DNA from: Phyllobates terribilis
Taxonomy: Eukaryota
Assembly: GCF_046119375.1 (NCBI RefSeq)
Contig: NW_027362771.1
Location: forward strand, 180,668,001-180,732,000
DNA: 64,000 nucleotides
Reading direction: 5' to 3'
The position numbers were made by a program, and so were the translations under genes. Under the pieces are notes generated by a model, which saw only the letters and a program-made list of their open reading frames with translations, ran no database searches and had not been told where the DNA came from. This document shows positions 34,301-45,779 of this stretch, piece by piece (within the stretch, counting starts at the first letter, position 1; the number at the start of each line of letters is the position of its first letter).

Positions 34301-37300
34301 GTTTTTTTTTCTTTTTCTCCAGAACATTGGTCCATGTATCAAAATGTTCATGTGAGCCTAACCATTCACTAATATTTCTCTGTATGTGGCTCGTTTTCCA
34401 CATGGCCAGCACTTGGATTGAATGTGAACGTTCCCTTATGTGTGTGGTGTTTGAAGAGTTGGGATGACTTTATATTAAGATGTGCTTAAGAGGTCATATG
34501 CTGTAAGAAAAGTTAGAAGTTATCTAGTATAAAGTGGACAGTATCTGTTTATTCTCCTTTAGGGGCACATTTATACAGTGGCATGTAAAAGTTTGGGCAC
34601 CCCTGGTCAAAATTAATGTTATTGTGAACAGATAAGCAGGTTGAAGAATAAATGATCTCTAAAATGGCTTAAGTTAAAGATGACACATTTCGTTTGTATT
34701 TTAGCAAAATAAAAAATATATTTAAATTTTTTTTTTACATTTTAAAAATTACTAAAAGAAAAATGGACAGCTGCAAAAGTTTGGGCACCCTTGGAGATTT
34801 GTGTGCTCAGATAACTTTTGACCAAGGTTTCAGACCTTAATTAGCCTGCTAAGGTCATGGCTTGTTCACTATCATCTTTAGGAAAGGCCAGGTGATGCAA
34901 ATTTCCCAGCTTTATAAAAACTCAGCCTCCTCTAACCATGTGCCAAAAAACTGCAGCCATGGGTTCTTCTAAGCAGCTGCCTAGCACTCTGAAAATGGTG
35001 GATGCCCACACTATAGGAGAAGACTATAAGAACATAGCAAAGTGTTTTCAAGTTGCCCTTTCCTCAGTTCTAAATATAATTAAGAAATGGCAGTTAACAG
35101 GAACAGTGGAGGTCAAGATAAGGTCTGGAAGACTAAGCAAAATTTCAGTGAGAGCTGGTCGTAGGATTGCTAGAGAGGCAAATCAGAATGCTTGCTTGAC
35201 TGCAAAAGACCTTCAGAAAGATTTAGCAGACTCTGGAGTTGTGGTACATTGTTCTACTGTTCAGAGACTCCTGCACAAATATGGCCCACATGGAAGAGTC
35301 ATGAGAAGAAAACCTCTCCTGCGTCCTCACCATAAAATTCAGCGTCAGAAGTATGCAAAAGAGCATCTAACCAAGCCTGGTGCATTTTGGAAACAAGTCC
35401 TGTGGACCGATGAGGCTAGAATATAACTCTTTGGCCACAATGATCAAAGATATGTGTGGAGAATAAAAGAGCACATAATTTCAGGAAAAGAACATCTCGC
35501 CAACAATTAAGCATGAGGTAGATCAATCATCCTTTGGGGTTGTGTTGCAGCCAATGGCACAGCGAACATTTCACGGGTAGAGGGAAGAATGGATGTAATG
35601 AAATTTCAACAAATTCTTGATGCAAACATAACACCATCTGTAAAAAAGCTGAAGTTGAAAAGAGGATGGCTTCTACAAATGGATAATGATCCTAAACACA
35701 CGTCAAAATCCACAATAGACAAGCTCAAAAGCGCAAGCTGAAGGTTTTACAATGGCCCTCAGTCTCCTGATCTGAACATCATTGAAAATCTGTGGCTAGA
35801 CCTCAGAATAGTAGTGCATGCAAGACGACCCAGTAATCTCACAGAACTGGAAGAATTTTCCAAGGTAGAATGGATGAAAATCCCTCAAATAAGAATTGAA
35901 AGCCTCTTGTCTGGCTACAAAAAGCATTTACTAGCTGTTATACTTGCAAAAGGGGGTGCTACTAGGTACTAACCATGCAGGGTTCACAATAATAGTAATT
36001 TTGACCAGGGGTGCCCAAACTTTTACATGCCACTGTACATACAGGCAAAACTGGTATAAAATAAAAGGGACTAAATGCAGATACATCTTGCAAATTGGAT
36101 CCGTGAGAGCTTCCGGTGGAGAAGAATACTGCTGGAAATAGGGACAGATTTGTGTTACACATTGCATCTCCTGGGGTCTTACACATTTGTTAATGAAATG
36201 TTATAAAGGGTCTCACCAAACCAATCACCCCCTCCACTGAGGTCAGACGGGGACGGCAGATTAGATTAGATTCTAATCCTCATTTCTGCTCTGGGTCATA
36301 TTTTCCCCCAGGAGCCTCCTAGAAAAGCAATATGACAGTTATCTTATTGAACATCCTTCAAGCATACCACACATGAATATGATATATCCATATTTCAGGG
36401 ATATATGGTGCTCCTTTGGATTGCCAGCTACCAGAACTTTTTTAATTTTACCGACAAATGCAAATATGCTCCCCATTCATGGATATATCCATGAATTTTA
36501 TAAAACTAAACTTCTAATACAAAAAGCCTTAATATTGCTTGACTTTGTTCTCATTATGAAGTACAGACAAAACGGTTGCATAATGTGAAAGCATTGATGC
36601 CCCTGCATTTAACACCTATGTGCCAGTGGAGGTGTACAGGGACACATCTGCTGGCCTAAATGGTTATCCAATATTGACAGCTACCTGTTAATTTCTCTGT
36701 GTATGCAATCCATGTCTGTTCTTCATCAGATAACCTACTTCAATTACCTGTTCACATCGGGGGGTGCAGGCAGTGATCCAGTTCCGCTAGCCTTTGATCA
36801 GTATAACTCATAACTCCACTTCTGAAACTCTCATTATATTTGTCTTTTTTCTAGATTGTTATATGTCAGAATAATATTAATGATCAAAGAACCATGAACA
36901 GAATGCTTACACATGAGTTGATTCATGCTTATGATCACTGCCGCGCCCAAGTTGACTTTTTAAGTAACATTCGGCATTTGGCCTGCACTGAGGTATGTTC
37001 ATTTTCACATTCTAGTATTTTAGTAACTTTTTAGAAAAAAAAATATTCTTTTTATTTTAAGCCAATGACTGTTGACGTAAAGCAACTAAATTAAGAGCAT
37101 CGCTTAAAGGGTTTGCACCAAAAATGCAAATCGTATAATCATAGGATGGGCGATAACTTGCTGATTACTTGGGGTCCAATCACTGAGGTCCCCTCTGATC
37201 GTTAGATCAGGGCTCTGGAGCTGTAGTGTGCATGCAGGACCATAGCATTACTCAAACTAGTCATTTCAAAGTCTCCTGTTGTTGATCTCTGGGGTCAGGC

Positions 37301-40300
37301 CAAAAGCGATCGGCAAATTATCACTTGCAGTTGAGGATAAAAGTTTACATACAGCTTAGCCATTTTCATTAAAACTTTTTTTTTTTTCTTGAAATTTTTA
37401 ATCCTAGTACACAATTTCCTCTCAGGGTCTATATTTCAAGAATGTGATTTGTTAGAATAATACTAGACACTTATTTTTTCCGCCTTTATTTCTGTCATCA
37501 CATTTCCAGTGGCTCAAAAGTTTACATGCACGTGGTTCTTATTTAGTAATATTGTCTTCCTTGGGTCACAGGGTTTGGACAGCCTCCCACAAGCTTCTCA
37601 CAATAAGTTGCTGGAGTTTTGGCCCATTCCTCCTGACAGAACTGGGGTTACTGGGTTAGGTTTATAGGTCTCCTTGCTTGCACATGATTTTTCATTTCTG
37701 CCCATATACTTTTTTTTTTGTAGGATTAACATCAGGGCTTTGTGGTGGACTCTCCATTGTCTTCCCTTTTTGTTCTACTTTTGATTCCACGTTGGACGTC
37801 TAATTGATAGCCTTTTCCATTTATTGAAGATCCATCCAAATCTGATGTCTTGAGCTATTGTTACAGTATCTCCACATATTTCACCCTTCCATTAAATTTT
37901 TTTGCCTAAACATGTTAGTATACTCGCTTACTGCCACTTTCTCCGAGATCCAGCGCTGTTCTGCTCCTCTTCTCAGTGACGTGACCACTCTTCAGACTGT
38001 CCAGCTCGATCTATGCTCTGTGTGAGCTGGAAGTCTTTTACAATGAAAGCCTTCTTCTGACTCACCATAGGCTTACATTGTAAAAGCCACTTCCAGGTCA
38101 CGCAGAGCTCAGCGTGGCCCGGAGAGTTGTAAGAGCGGTGATGTCACTGAGAAGAGGGGAAGAACCGGCGCTGGATGCCGGAGAAGGCGGCAGTAGGTCC
38201 ATTTATTAACACACGAACACTATACATCACACAGATATACACAGGTTTAGGCAAAAAAAAGTTAATGGGAGGCTTCTTCAATAAAATTATTATACAACTT
38301 TTAGATAGCATTTATCCTCAATCCATAATTAATTGCCTAAAATCCCACTGTAATATAGTAGATAGGATCATATTAAAATATTTAATACCTTATAACAATT
38401 CCATTCTAAAGGGCCTTGGCAGTCACGTGATGCAAAACCACCAATAGATCGCAAGAATGAGAAGTGGTTTCATTCACGCTGGGAAAAAAAAAAAAACGCC
38501 TACCCAATATAATTCTTTATACATAAATCCCATATAACAATTAAAAAAATACATAAAATAAGAAATTATACTATTCAAAATTTTATAGATATCGTTGTTA
38601 GATATATAATTATTGAGAACTATATTGATGAATCGCATACTATACAAAAAAATTTTTTTTACTACAATACTATATCAAATTTATTCCATTAGTTCTTTTA
38701 AATTGGTTCTCCCCTATTAAATGTATTTATTCAATTTACTAATATCAAGCTGAAATATGATTATCCCATTATGTTCTATCATATGTAAATTATCTTATTT
38801 AAACAAAAAAAATATATATATATTTTTTTTTAATTGTTATATGGGATTTATGTATAAAGAATTATATTGGGTAGGCTTTTTTTTCTGTTTTGCATATGAT
38901 GTCACTTCTAAGGTGTAACCCTTTATAAACTAGGGATTGTATGTTAACTACATTTTTGAAAAAAGCCTTGGACAGGCTGAAACGTCCACTGGAATTGGCA
39001 ATGTAATTAAAGAGCAATTATTGACTGAACACGTGAGTGCCAGGAATTGCTTCCATCCATGTGGTTGAAGCTGCTCACTAATTTTCGCTTGTGAAACCAA
39101 TAATGCAACTTGGCCTTTGTTGCCTCCTATATGTGGAGCGCACAATGCACAAATTTAAAACCCCTATAAGGAGCTTATTTACCATATAGTGATCCTTTAA
39201 GATGGCGTACACCTCCAAAATAAAGGCCGATCAGCACACAGTGACCACATTTACCTCGTTATAGGGAATGGTACCACCGGGGATTCTGTTCGAATCCAGT
39301 TTTTCAGGGATTTAGACAGAAACCTTGATGGAGCCACAAATGTTCGGCCATGACTTTATTTTCTGGAATTTTCTAAGCTACTTAAAAGCACAGTCACCTT
39401 GGAGTATGTAAACTTCTGTCCCATCTGAATTTTTATATAGCGAATGATTAATGAAAAGATCTATTTGTAGGAAAATGTGTGTCTTGTGTCCATTTTGACC
39501 ATATTACAGTTCAACTGGACTCTGCTTAGAAAATCATTCAGTAAAGATAAGGGTGGGTTACAGGCTCTGCTGTCAGAACAAGCTCACTGATAGATTCACT
39601 GTTCACTCATCCTGCAGTCTGTTATGCATGGAAGCTGTAAGATCCATACTGTCAAAGCTTATTGAAATGTCTACTTTTGAATTGCTTTAGATCCGAGCTG
39701 CCAGCCTTAGCGGAGATTGCTCCCTTGGCAATGAAATGTCACGGTTCAAATTTGGTGTAAAGCAGCATCATCAGGTATGTAAAGAGAATATCCCCCATGG
39801 AAACTCTGCTGCTCCTCCATCCAGACATCATTCTGATATAAGCCTCTTCATTGGTTACTGATCAGCAACCAAAACATATTTTGGGGATGCCTGGCAGCTG
39901 TGTTCATGAATCCTATTCATTCATAGCAAATTTCAGCAGAGTTTTCTTGTAATGGTATCTGCTATAGAATAGACCGTTGAATTTTTTTTAATATATAGTA
40001 TACTTATACTTCTTATACTACTGTAATCTTGTAAGTTAAAATGATATTGTGCATAGATTATTCCTGTGTAGTGTATCCTGCCAAAAGTGTCCAGTTTTGC
40101 TTTTATTTTCACTGTATCCCATGGTATTGCATTGTATACTGAAAATTTAAGGTCTCCTTGGCTTCACGAGTGTGCTAAGATGGGGGTGATAGGGCACTCC
40201 ATGATCACCTACCCCCCCCCCCAAAAAGGAGACCATGGGTCCTGGGATTGCACCACTTAAACACCAGAGTGGAATTTAAGGGGTTAAATTGTTAGGAGGA

Positions 40301-41814
40301 TGCTGGCTTTATACAGATAGCGGGGAACTAAAAAATAATGTAAGGAAAAATTAAAATAGGTTTTGCAAAAAATAAAGGTATAAAAATTTGGATCGTCACC
40401 CTTTTCCCAGTTTATAAATAAAGAAATTTAAAAGCAAACCTATTCAATATCAACACGTCAATTAACATCTACTCTATGAAATTAATGAACCCATATGATG
40501 AGCACCATAAAGAGTGAAAAACATTGAAACGCCAGAATTGCTGTTTTCCAGCAGCTCTACCACTATCTAAAGGAAAAAAAAAAAGATACAATCGTATGCC
40601 GCACACATCGAAACCCATAAAAAAGACAGCTCAATGCTTGAAAAACACTCCGCTTCATCAATGGAAAAATAAAAAGTTAGGAATCTTCCAAACCCCCTGC
40701 CCCTTCTACTCCCCAATGAAAACCTACAGGTTTAGTATACCCATAATCGTATTGACCTGAAGAACTTTACTGCCAGGTCACTTTTAGTGCTCAATGAAAA
40801 CCATAAAAACAAAACCCAAAAAATGTATTTATTTTTTTTTCTTTCCCCCATTTCAAACTACTTGGATTTTTTTTTTCCTGTTTTTTCAGTACATTATCCG
40901 GTACAATGAATGTTGTCTTTCAAAACTACATCTCGTCCTGCAAAAAAAGCAAGCCTCCATACGGCTATGTCAATGGAAAAATAAAACTGGTTATCGCTCT
41001 TGGAAAAAGTGTAGGGAAAAATGAAAGGACAAAAAAATTGCCAGGAGAGCAAGGGTTAATGTTCCCACAAATTAAAAGTTTTGTTACTAGGACTCCTGGG
41101 TGCTGGACAGGATTTACTCCCTGGTTGTAAGGTCTGGGCAACCTTATCCAAGTCATGTTATAAGGTCTAGCTGGTCCTTCCACCTCTTGCACTGAGAAAT
41201 AAAGCAGGTGAGTTGAGTACTGGCTCTGCTCATTGGAAGCCATGCTCTAGGCTTTAAGGGTATGTGCACACAGAGGGGTTTTTTTTCAGTTGATTTGGGA
41301 GCAAGAAGTCCTCCCAAAACTTGGAGGTTCTGCTCTAAAACCTCTACATAAAGTCTCTGTGTGCACATACCCTGCCTTTACTTACAGTGCTGCAGAACAT
41401 GAAGAACCCAGGAGACGACAGCCTTTACTATTGTGGTTGGTATCTGCTATTCCCAGCTTGTCTGCCATATTACTGCTCCAAGATATTGCTACCAGTTAAA
41501 GAAAACTGTAGAAGAGCATGTTGGTTTTGTGTTTAGCTTTTCTGCCTTGTATTAATATTTCATGCACGGCCGAGTAACATAAGACTTGTTTGTATTTATT
41601 TCCCCAATAGACTTGTGTGCGAGACCGAGCCGTTCGCTCTATTGTGGCTGCAAGGAAGTTTAGTCAAGAGACTGCAGAGAAGGCTGTGGATGAAGTGTTT
41701 GATTCATGTTTTAATGACCGAGAACCATTTGGTCGCATTCCTCATAACACAGCTGAAGCAAATATGGCATACAAGGAGTTTAGAAATCGTGGAAGATATT
41801 ATGCGAATATATGA
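31151..41814 (+). CDS. ATP23: Mitochondrial inner membrane protease ATP23 homolog, paralog b (234 aa); exons 31151-31301, 31961-32006, 33631-33712, 36855-36992, 39691-39774, 41611-41814
   Basis: Six GT-AG exons (151+46+82+138+84+204 = 705 nt) give an uninterrupted ORF: [149 protein letters not shown]...EPFGRIPHN...YYANI*. Confidence 0.95.
31961..32006 (+). CDS. ATP23: ATP23b exon 2 (46 nt)
   Basis: cattAG|..[14 protein letters not shown](C)|GTGAGT. Confidence 0.92.
32177..33514. mobile_element. TTAA-flanked MITE containing a second TTAA-flanked MITE (32232-33242)
   Basis: Outer TTAA|AGGGGTTTT…AGACCCCT|TTAA; inner TTAA|AGAAGC…GCTTCT|TTAA with about 90-bp inverted arms (…ATAGCACTGTG…ACAATTGCTCATTTTGCCT / AGGCAAAATGAGCAATTGT…CACAGTGCTAT…). 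Confidence 0.7.
33631..33712 (+). CDS. ATP23: ATP23b exon 3 (82 nt)
   Basis: cctcAG|[27 protein letters not shown]|GTAATT. Confidence 0.94.
34576..36035 (+). mobile_element. Tc1 transposon (third family), degenerate transposase, in ATP23b intron 3
   Basis: TA|CAGTGGCATGTAAAAGTTTGGGCACCCCTGGTCAAAATTA… with a perfect 40-bp reverse complement ending at 36035|[14 protein letters not shown]…[11 protein letters not shown]…VLWTDE from about 34959, followed by frameshifted [12 protein letters not shown] remnants. Confidence 0.92.
36855..36992 (+). CDS. ATP23: ATP23b exon 4 (138 nt, HELIH zinc site)
   Basis: tttctAG|[46 protein letters not shown]|GTATGT. Confidence 0.96.
39691..39774 (+). CDS. ATP23: ATP23b exon 5 (84 nt)
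   Basis: ctttAG|[28 protein letters not shown]|GTATGT. Confidence 0.95.
41611..41814 (+). CDS. ATP23: ATP23b exon 6 (terminal)
   Basis: caatAG|[70 protein letters not shown]. Confidence 0.95.
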   Translation, partial: TCVRDRAVRSIVAARKFSQETAEKAVDEVFDSCFNDREPFGRIPHNTAEANMAYKEFRNRGRYYANI

Positions 41815-41820
41815 AATAAA
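41815..41820 (+). terminator. Candidate polyadenylation signal of ATP23b
   Basis: AATAAA begins at the first base after the TGA stop (…ATA TGA AATAAA). Confidence 0.45.
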
Positions 41821-42925
41821 TAACATATTAAACCTCCAGAAGTCGAGTGCTACGCTGTAGAACCTGTGGCTGAGGACACGGCTTTCTACGTTCTCTCACT
41901 GTAAGGGTCTGTGTGCACACTTTTTTTTTTTTTTTCTTTTGGTGAAGATTTTAGTTTTGTCTTTTTCTTTTTTTTTATGCATTTCTTTTTTTGTAGTCTT
42001 CTGATTACAGTACCTAGTTTTAGAGCGTTTTCCATCAGGAGACTCTTCAGAGAAAAGGAGACATGCACTTCCTTTTTTTTACCACCTGCCATTTTTCGAG
42101 ACCTAAAGTGGAAGAAAAGCGCTCAAAAGACTGAACATATGAACGGCAAATTAAGATTTGTATCCTGTATTTTTTTCTTTAGCTCTCTTATTTTCAGTTG
42201 TCTCAGAACTAGTGGGTGGAAACTAGCTGCTCTAATGTCTTCCATATGCTGCACTTATATATATATCACACATATACAAGGGATTCCTGCTCTTCTTTGA
42301 CAATCAGAAGCAGCATGGAGAACACTATGCAGATATGAATCCAGCTCTGGGAATAGCAAAAGCAGCTGACTCAAGGCTGCAGCACGATCTGCCTGTCTCT
42401 CTGCCTCTGATGGTTTTCTGACTTCTCCTCCCTCGTCTTGGCAGTCCATCTAGAGCAAGATGATGAGTTAAGGGAGGAAGTCATAAAGTGGATCAAAAAT
42501 GGAGAAATAAGGATTTTTCTTGGATAAGATGTTAATAGGATTAACAAAAAACAACCCCATACAATTTAACCTTTAGTAGATCATACTAAAAAGGGGTCTC
42601 ATCAGAGACTGACTAGGTGCTGTTAACGGAACGAAACAATATTGATTTATGTTTTATCTGTTGGAGATCCATTGTCTATCTTTATAAGGCGACCATGCAC
42701 CCCTGCAGTGGATGAGGGTTTTTTCAGAGCTACTTGGAGGTAAAAATAGTCAATGAAGTCACTTGAATTTGGTATATCATACATCTGACTCTTACCTCGT
42801 GTTTTTACTCATACAGTACATTGTATGTATTCATTTCGTTACCTTGCTATCCTGTCTGTTTTATATCTTAGTGGTGACCTCCAATTAAGCATCTAGTCTC
42901 TACAGTCAAGATATATATAATTATA

Positions 42926-43161
42926 CAGTACAGACCTAAAGATTTTTCTGTATTTTCATGACTATGAAAATTGTACATTCACACTGAAGGCATCAAAACT
43001 ATGAATTAACACATGTGGAATTATATACTTAACAAAAAAGTGTGAAACCACTGAAAATATGTCTGATATTCTAGGTTCTTCAAAGTAGCCACCTTTTGCT
43101 TTGATGACTGCTTTGCACACTCTTGGCATTCTCTTGATGACCAAACTTTTGGTCTGTACTG
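42926..43161. mobile_element. 236-bp internally deleted mini-derivative of the 6271-7902 Tc1 family
   Basis: TA|CAGTACAGACC + most of one TIR + CCAAACTTTTGGTCTGTACTG|TA. Confidence 0.85.
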
Positions 43162-43234
43162 TATTTCTATAGTGATGGTGGTTTTGGTGATGTATTTCTG
43201 TACTGACAGTGGTTCTGGTGCTGGATTCATTTGC

Positions 43235-43830
43235 ACTGGGTAAAACTGGCGCTGAAAAAGATTTGGGTGTTTGGGTGGACCGCAAAACCCACTTTAGTGA
43301 TCATTGTAAGGTAGCTGATGCCAATTCAAATGCAATAATGGGATGCATTAAAAGAGGCATAGATACTCATGAGGAGAACATAATTTTACCTCTATACAAG
43401 TCACTTAGAATACTGTGTACAGTTCTGGTCTCCGGTGTATAAGAAAGACATAGCTGAACTAGAGAGGGTACAGAGAAGAGCGACCAAGGTTATTAGAAGA
43501 CTGGCGGGTCTGCAATACCAAGACAGGTTATTACACTTGGGGTTTTTTATTATGGAAAAACTAAGGCTTAGGGCTGATCTTATTACTATGTACAAGTATA
43601 TGAGGGGACAGTACAAAGACCTTTCTACTGATCTTTTTATTCTGAGGCCTGAGACAGGGACAAGGGGGCATCTTCTACGTCTGGAGGAAAGAAGGTTTAA
43701 TCATAATCACAGACGCGGATTCTTTACTGTAAGAGCAGTGAGACTATGGAACTCTCTGCCGCATGATGTAAAAATTCAAGAAGGGTCTGGATGCCTTTAT
43801 TGATATAATATTACAGGTTATGGACACTAG
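43235..43830 (+). mobile_element. CR1 LINE ORF2 3' fragment
   Basis: EKDLGVWVD…MGCIKRGI…ILPLYKSL / YKKDIAELERVQRRATKVI…RLRADLITMYKYMRG…EERRF…RRGFFTVRAVRLWNSLP, the typical CR1 C-terminal region. Confidence 0.9.
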
Positions 43831-45779
43831 ATTCTGACGGAGTACTCCTCCCATCAGCCTAAGACGTTTTTAAATAGCTCTTGATCCTACTTGTCCATAT
43901 AATTATAACTTATACTTGGATATAGACTCCAAAAAACTACTTGCAATCATATAAAACAATATATTTTATTGAAAGATTCTTTAAAACACCAAAAAATACA
44001 GCAATTAAACAGAAGTGAATAAGGGGAGGTTCAAGAAAATGTGGATACATGTGGTCCAGAGTATTATCCAATATTAAATAAAATATAATTGATATAAATT
44101 AATTTGGGATCACAGCCAAGAGGGCCATGCAATATGATAGCCTGGTATCCAACCCCTGAAAAGAAGAGGGGGGGGGGGGGGGGGGCTGAAGACATCAACA
44201 AGAAAGAACACCTGTACTGTTTCAGCTCATTTTATGTTAATTATGTAAACTTTAATGCAGCTCACCTAAATAGGCAAAGTAATGGAGGACCATATGTTCT
44301 CAGATCTTAAGGTATGCATGCAAGTGCACAAATAGTCCTACATAGTGAAATAGTAAGATCATCATGAGCTGTCAGGCGTTTCGCACTGTAGGCTTTCTCA
44401 AGGGGAGTGTGTGAATAGTCAGACCTCATCCTGTTTATACCTATCCCAATCGTGTTTGTGCCAATAGAGGCTCCGCATGTTTGCACCGTCCCAGCGGCAC
44501 AAACACGATTGGGATAGGTATATGGGATAGGTGGCAATCCATAAAGTGCTTCATGTTAAAACTGAAAGACCCTCAAAACTTAGTTTTGACTTTATAAGGA
44601 GGATTTTGTTGCGTTTCTGTTCAAAAACCGTGTTCACACTGATTGTTTTGGAAGAGAAACTGAGCAGAAACTCTCCTAATCCTTCTCAAATACTCCATTT
44701 GGTTCTGATGTATTAATGTACTGACTGTGGTTCTGGTGCTGTATTTATTTAAGTACCCCTTTCAAATTATTGGTGACCCTTTGTATTGGTTCAATATGAC
44801 AATGTGGCCTTTGGACCAAAAAAAATGTTGTACGTCGCTGGCCTAGGCAGTAACTTTTTCATACGTTGTGCAGTGGCTCAGGAAAGATTAATGTATTAGT
44901 ATATAGAGGATTTGAGTGCTTCTACTGTATACTGCAATACAATAGCATTGCAGTGTATAGTGAATTTCTTGGTCTCCGAGGCTGAGCTTCACAGAAGTAC
45001 CAAGATGACTGCTATGGGGATCTTCAACAAACCCCTGGCGGTCATAGTAACCCATCGATTCCCCCAGCGCTCTTGTCTCGGGAAGGGTGGGGGGTGATGG
45101 GAACAAGTGCACATCCATTCAAATGCCGCTATTGGAGATTGACAGCAGCGTTTAAATGGTTGACAGGTGTGGTCGGAAGCTATCTCCGACCACGGCTGTT
45201 AGAGACTGATGCCAGCATCAGCCATGTGTGAAGGGAGCTCTGCTCCTGAGTCCCCTCCCCACATATGGACTCCTTCCCAAGATGTTAATTCATGTCCTAA
45301 TGCAGAAAAAGGTTAAAAAAGGGGTGGTGTGGTCTAGGGTCACATCAAAGAAAGATACAAATTGGTATGGCTGGTGGATACACTTGAATTGGCTAGTTTG
45401 TGGCTTAGTATCTCAATTGTATAAGTATATTCTATATTGCAGTAATGCAGTGTAAAATTCACATATTCAAAGTTTGCCTTCATCTCGGCACACAATGTGC
45501 AGCTGTATTCTTGGTTTTATATATTTAGCAATATCTAGACACTCAAGCATTTTTTTTAATGATTTCCATAGACAAAATGTTTTGTATGATCTGACAGTAA
45601 ATTACTATTTCTTGGATAACCCCTTTTAATGTTACAGTATATACCGATATAGTATTGACACTCGTATGCCTCCAAAATTGCACAACTATGCTCCTGTGCC
45701 CAAGGCGATTTCCAAAAAGATACGGTTACATGGGTCTGGTTTGCACCCCTTCAGCCCAATAAAACACCTTGAAGATTAA

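Noticed and set aside
18689-41814. Idea that the two ATP23 copies are an uncollapsed haplotype artefact
   Set aside because: About 31% amino-acid divergence over exons 2-6, different exon 1 lengths, and unrelated intron lengths and TE content are incompatible with allelic copies.
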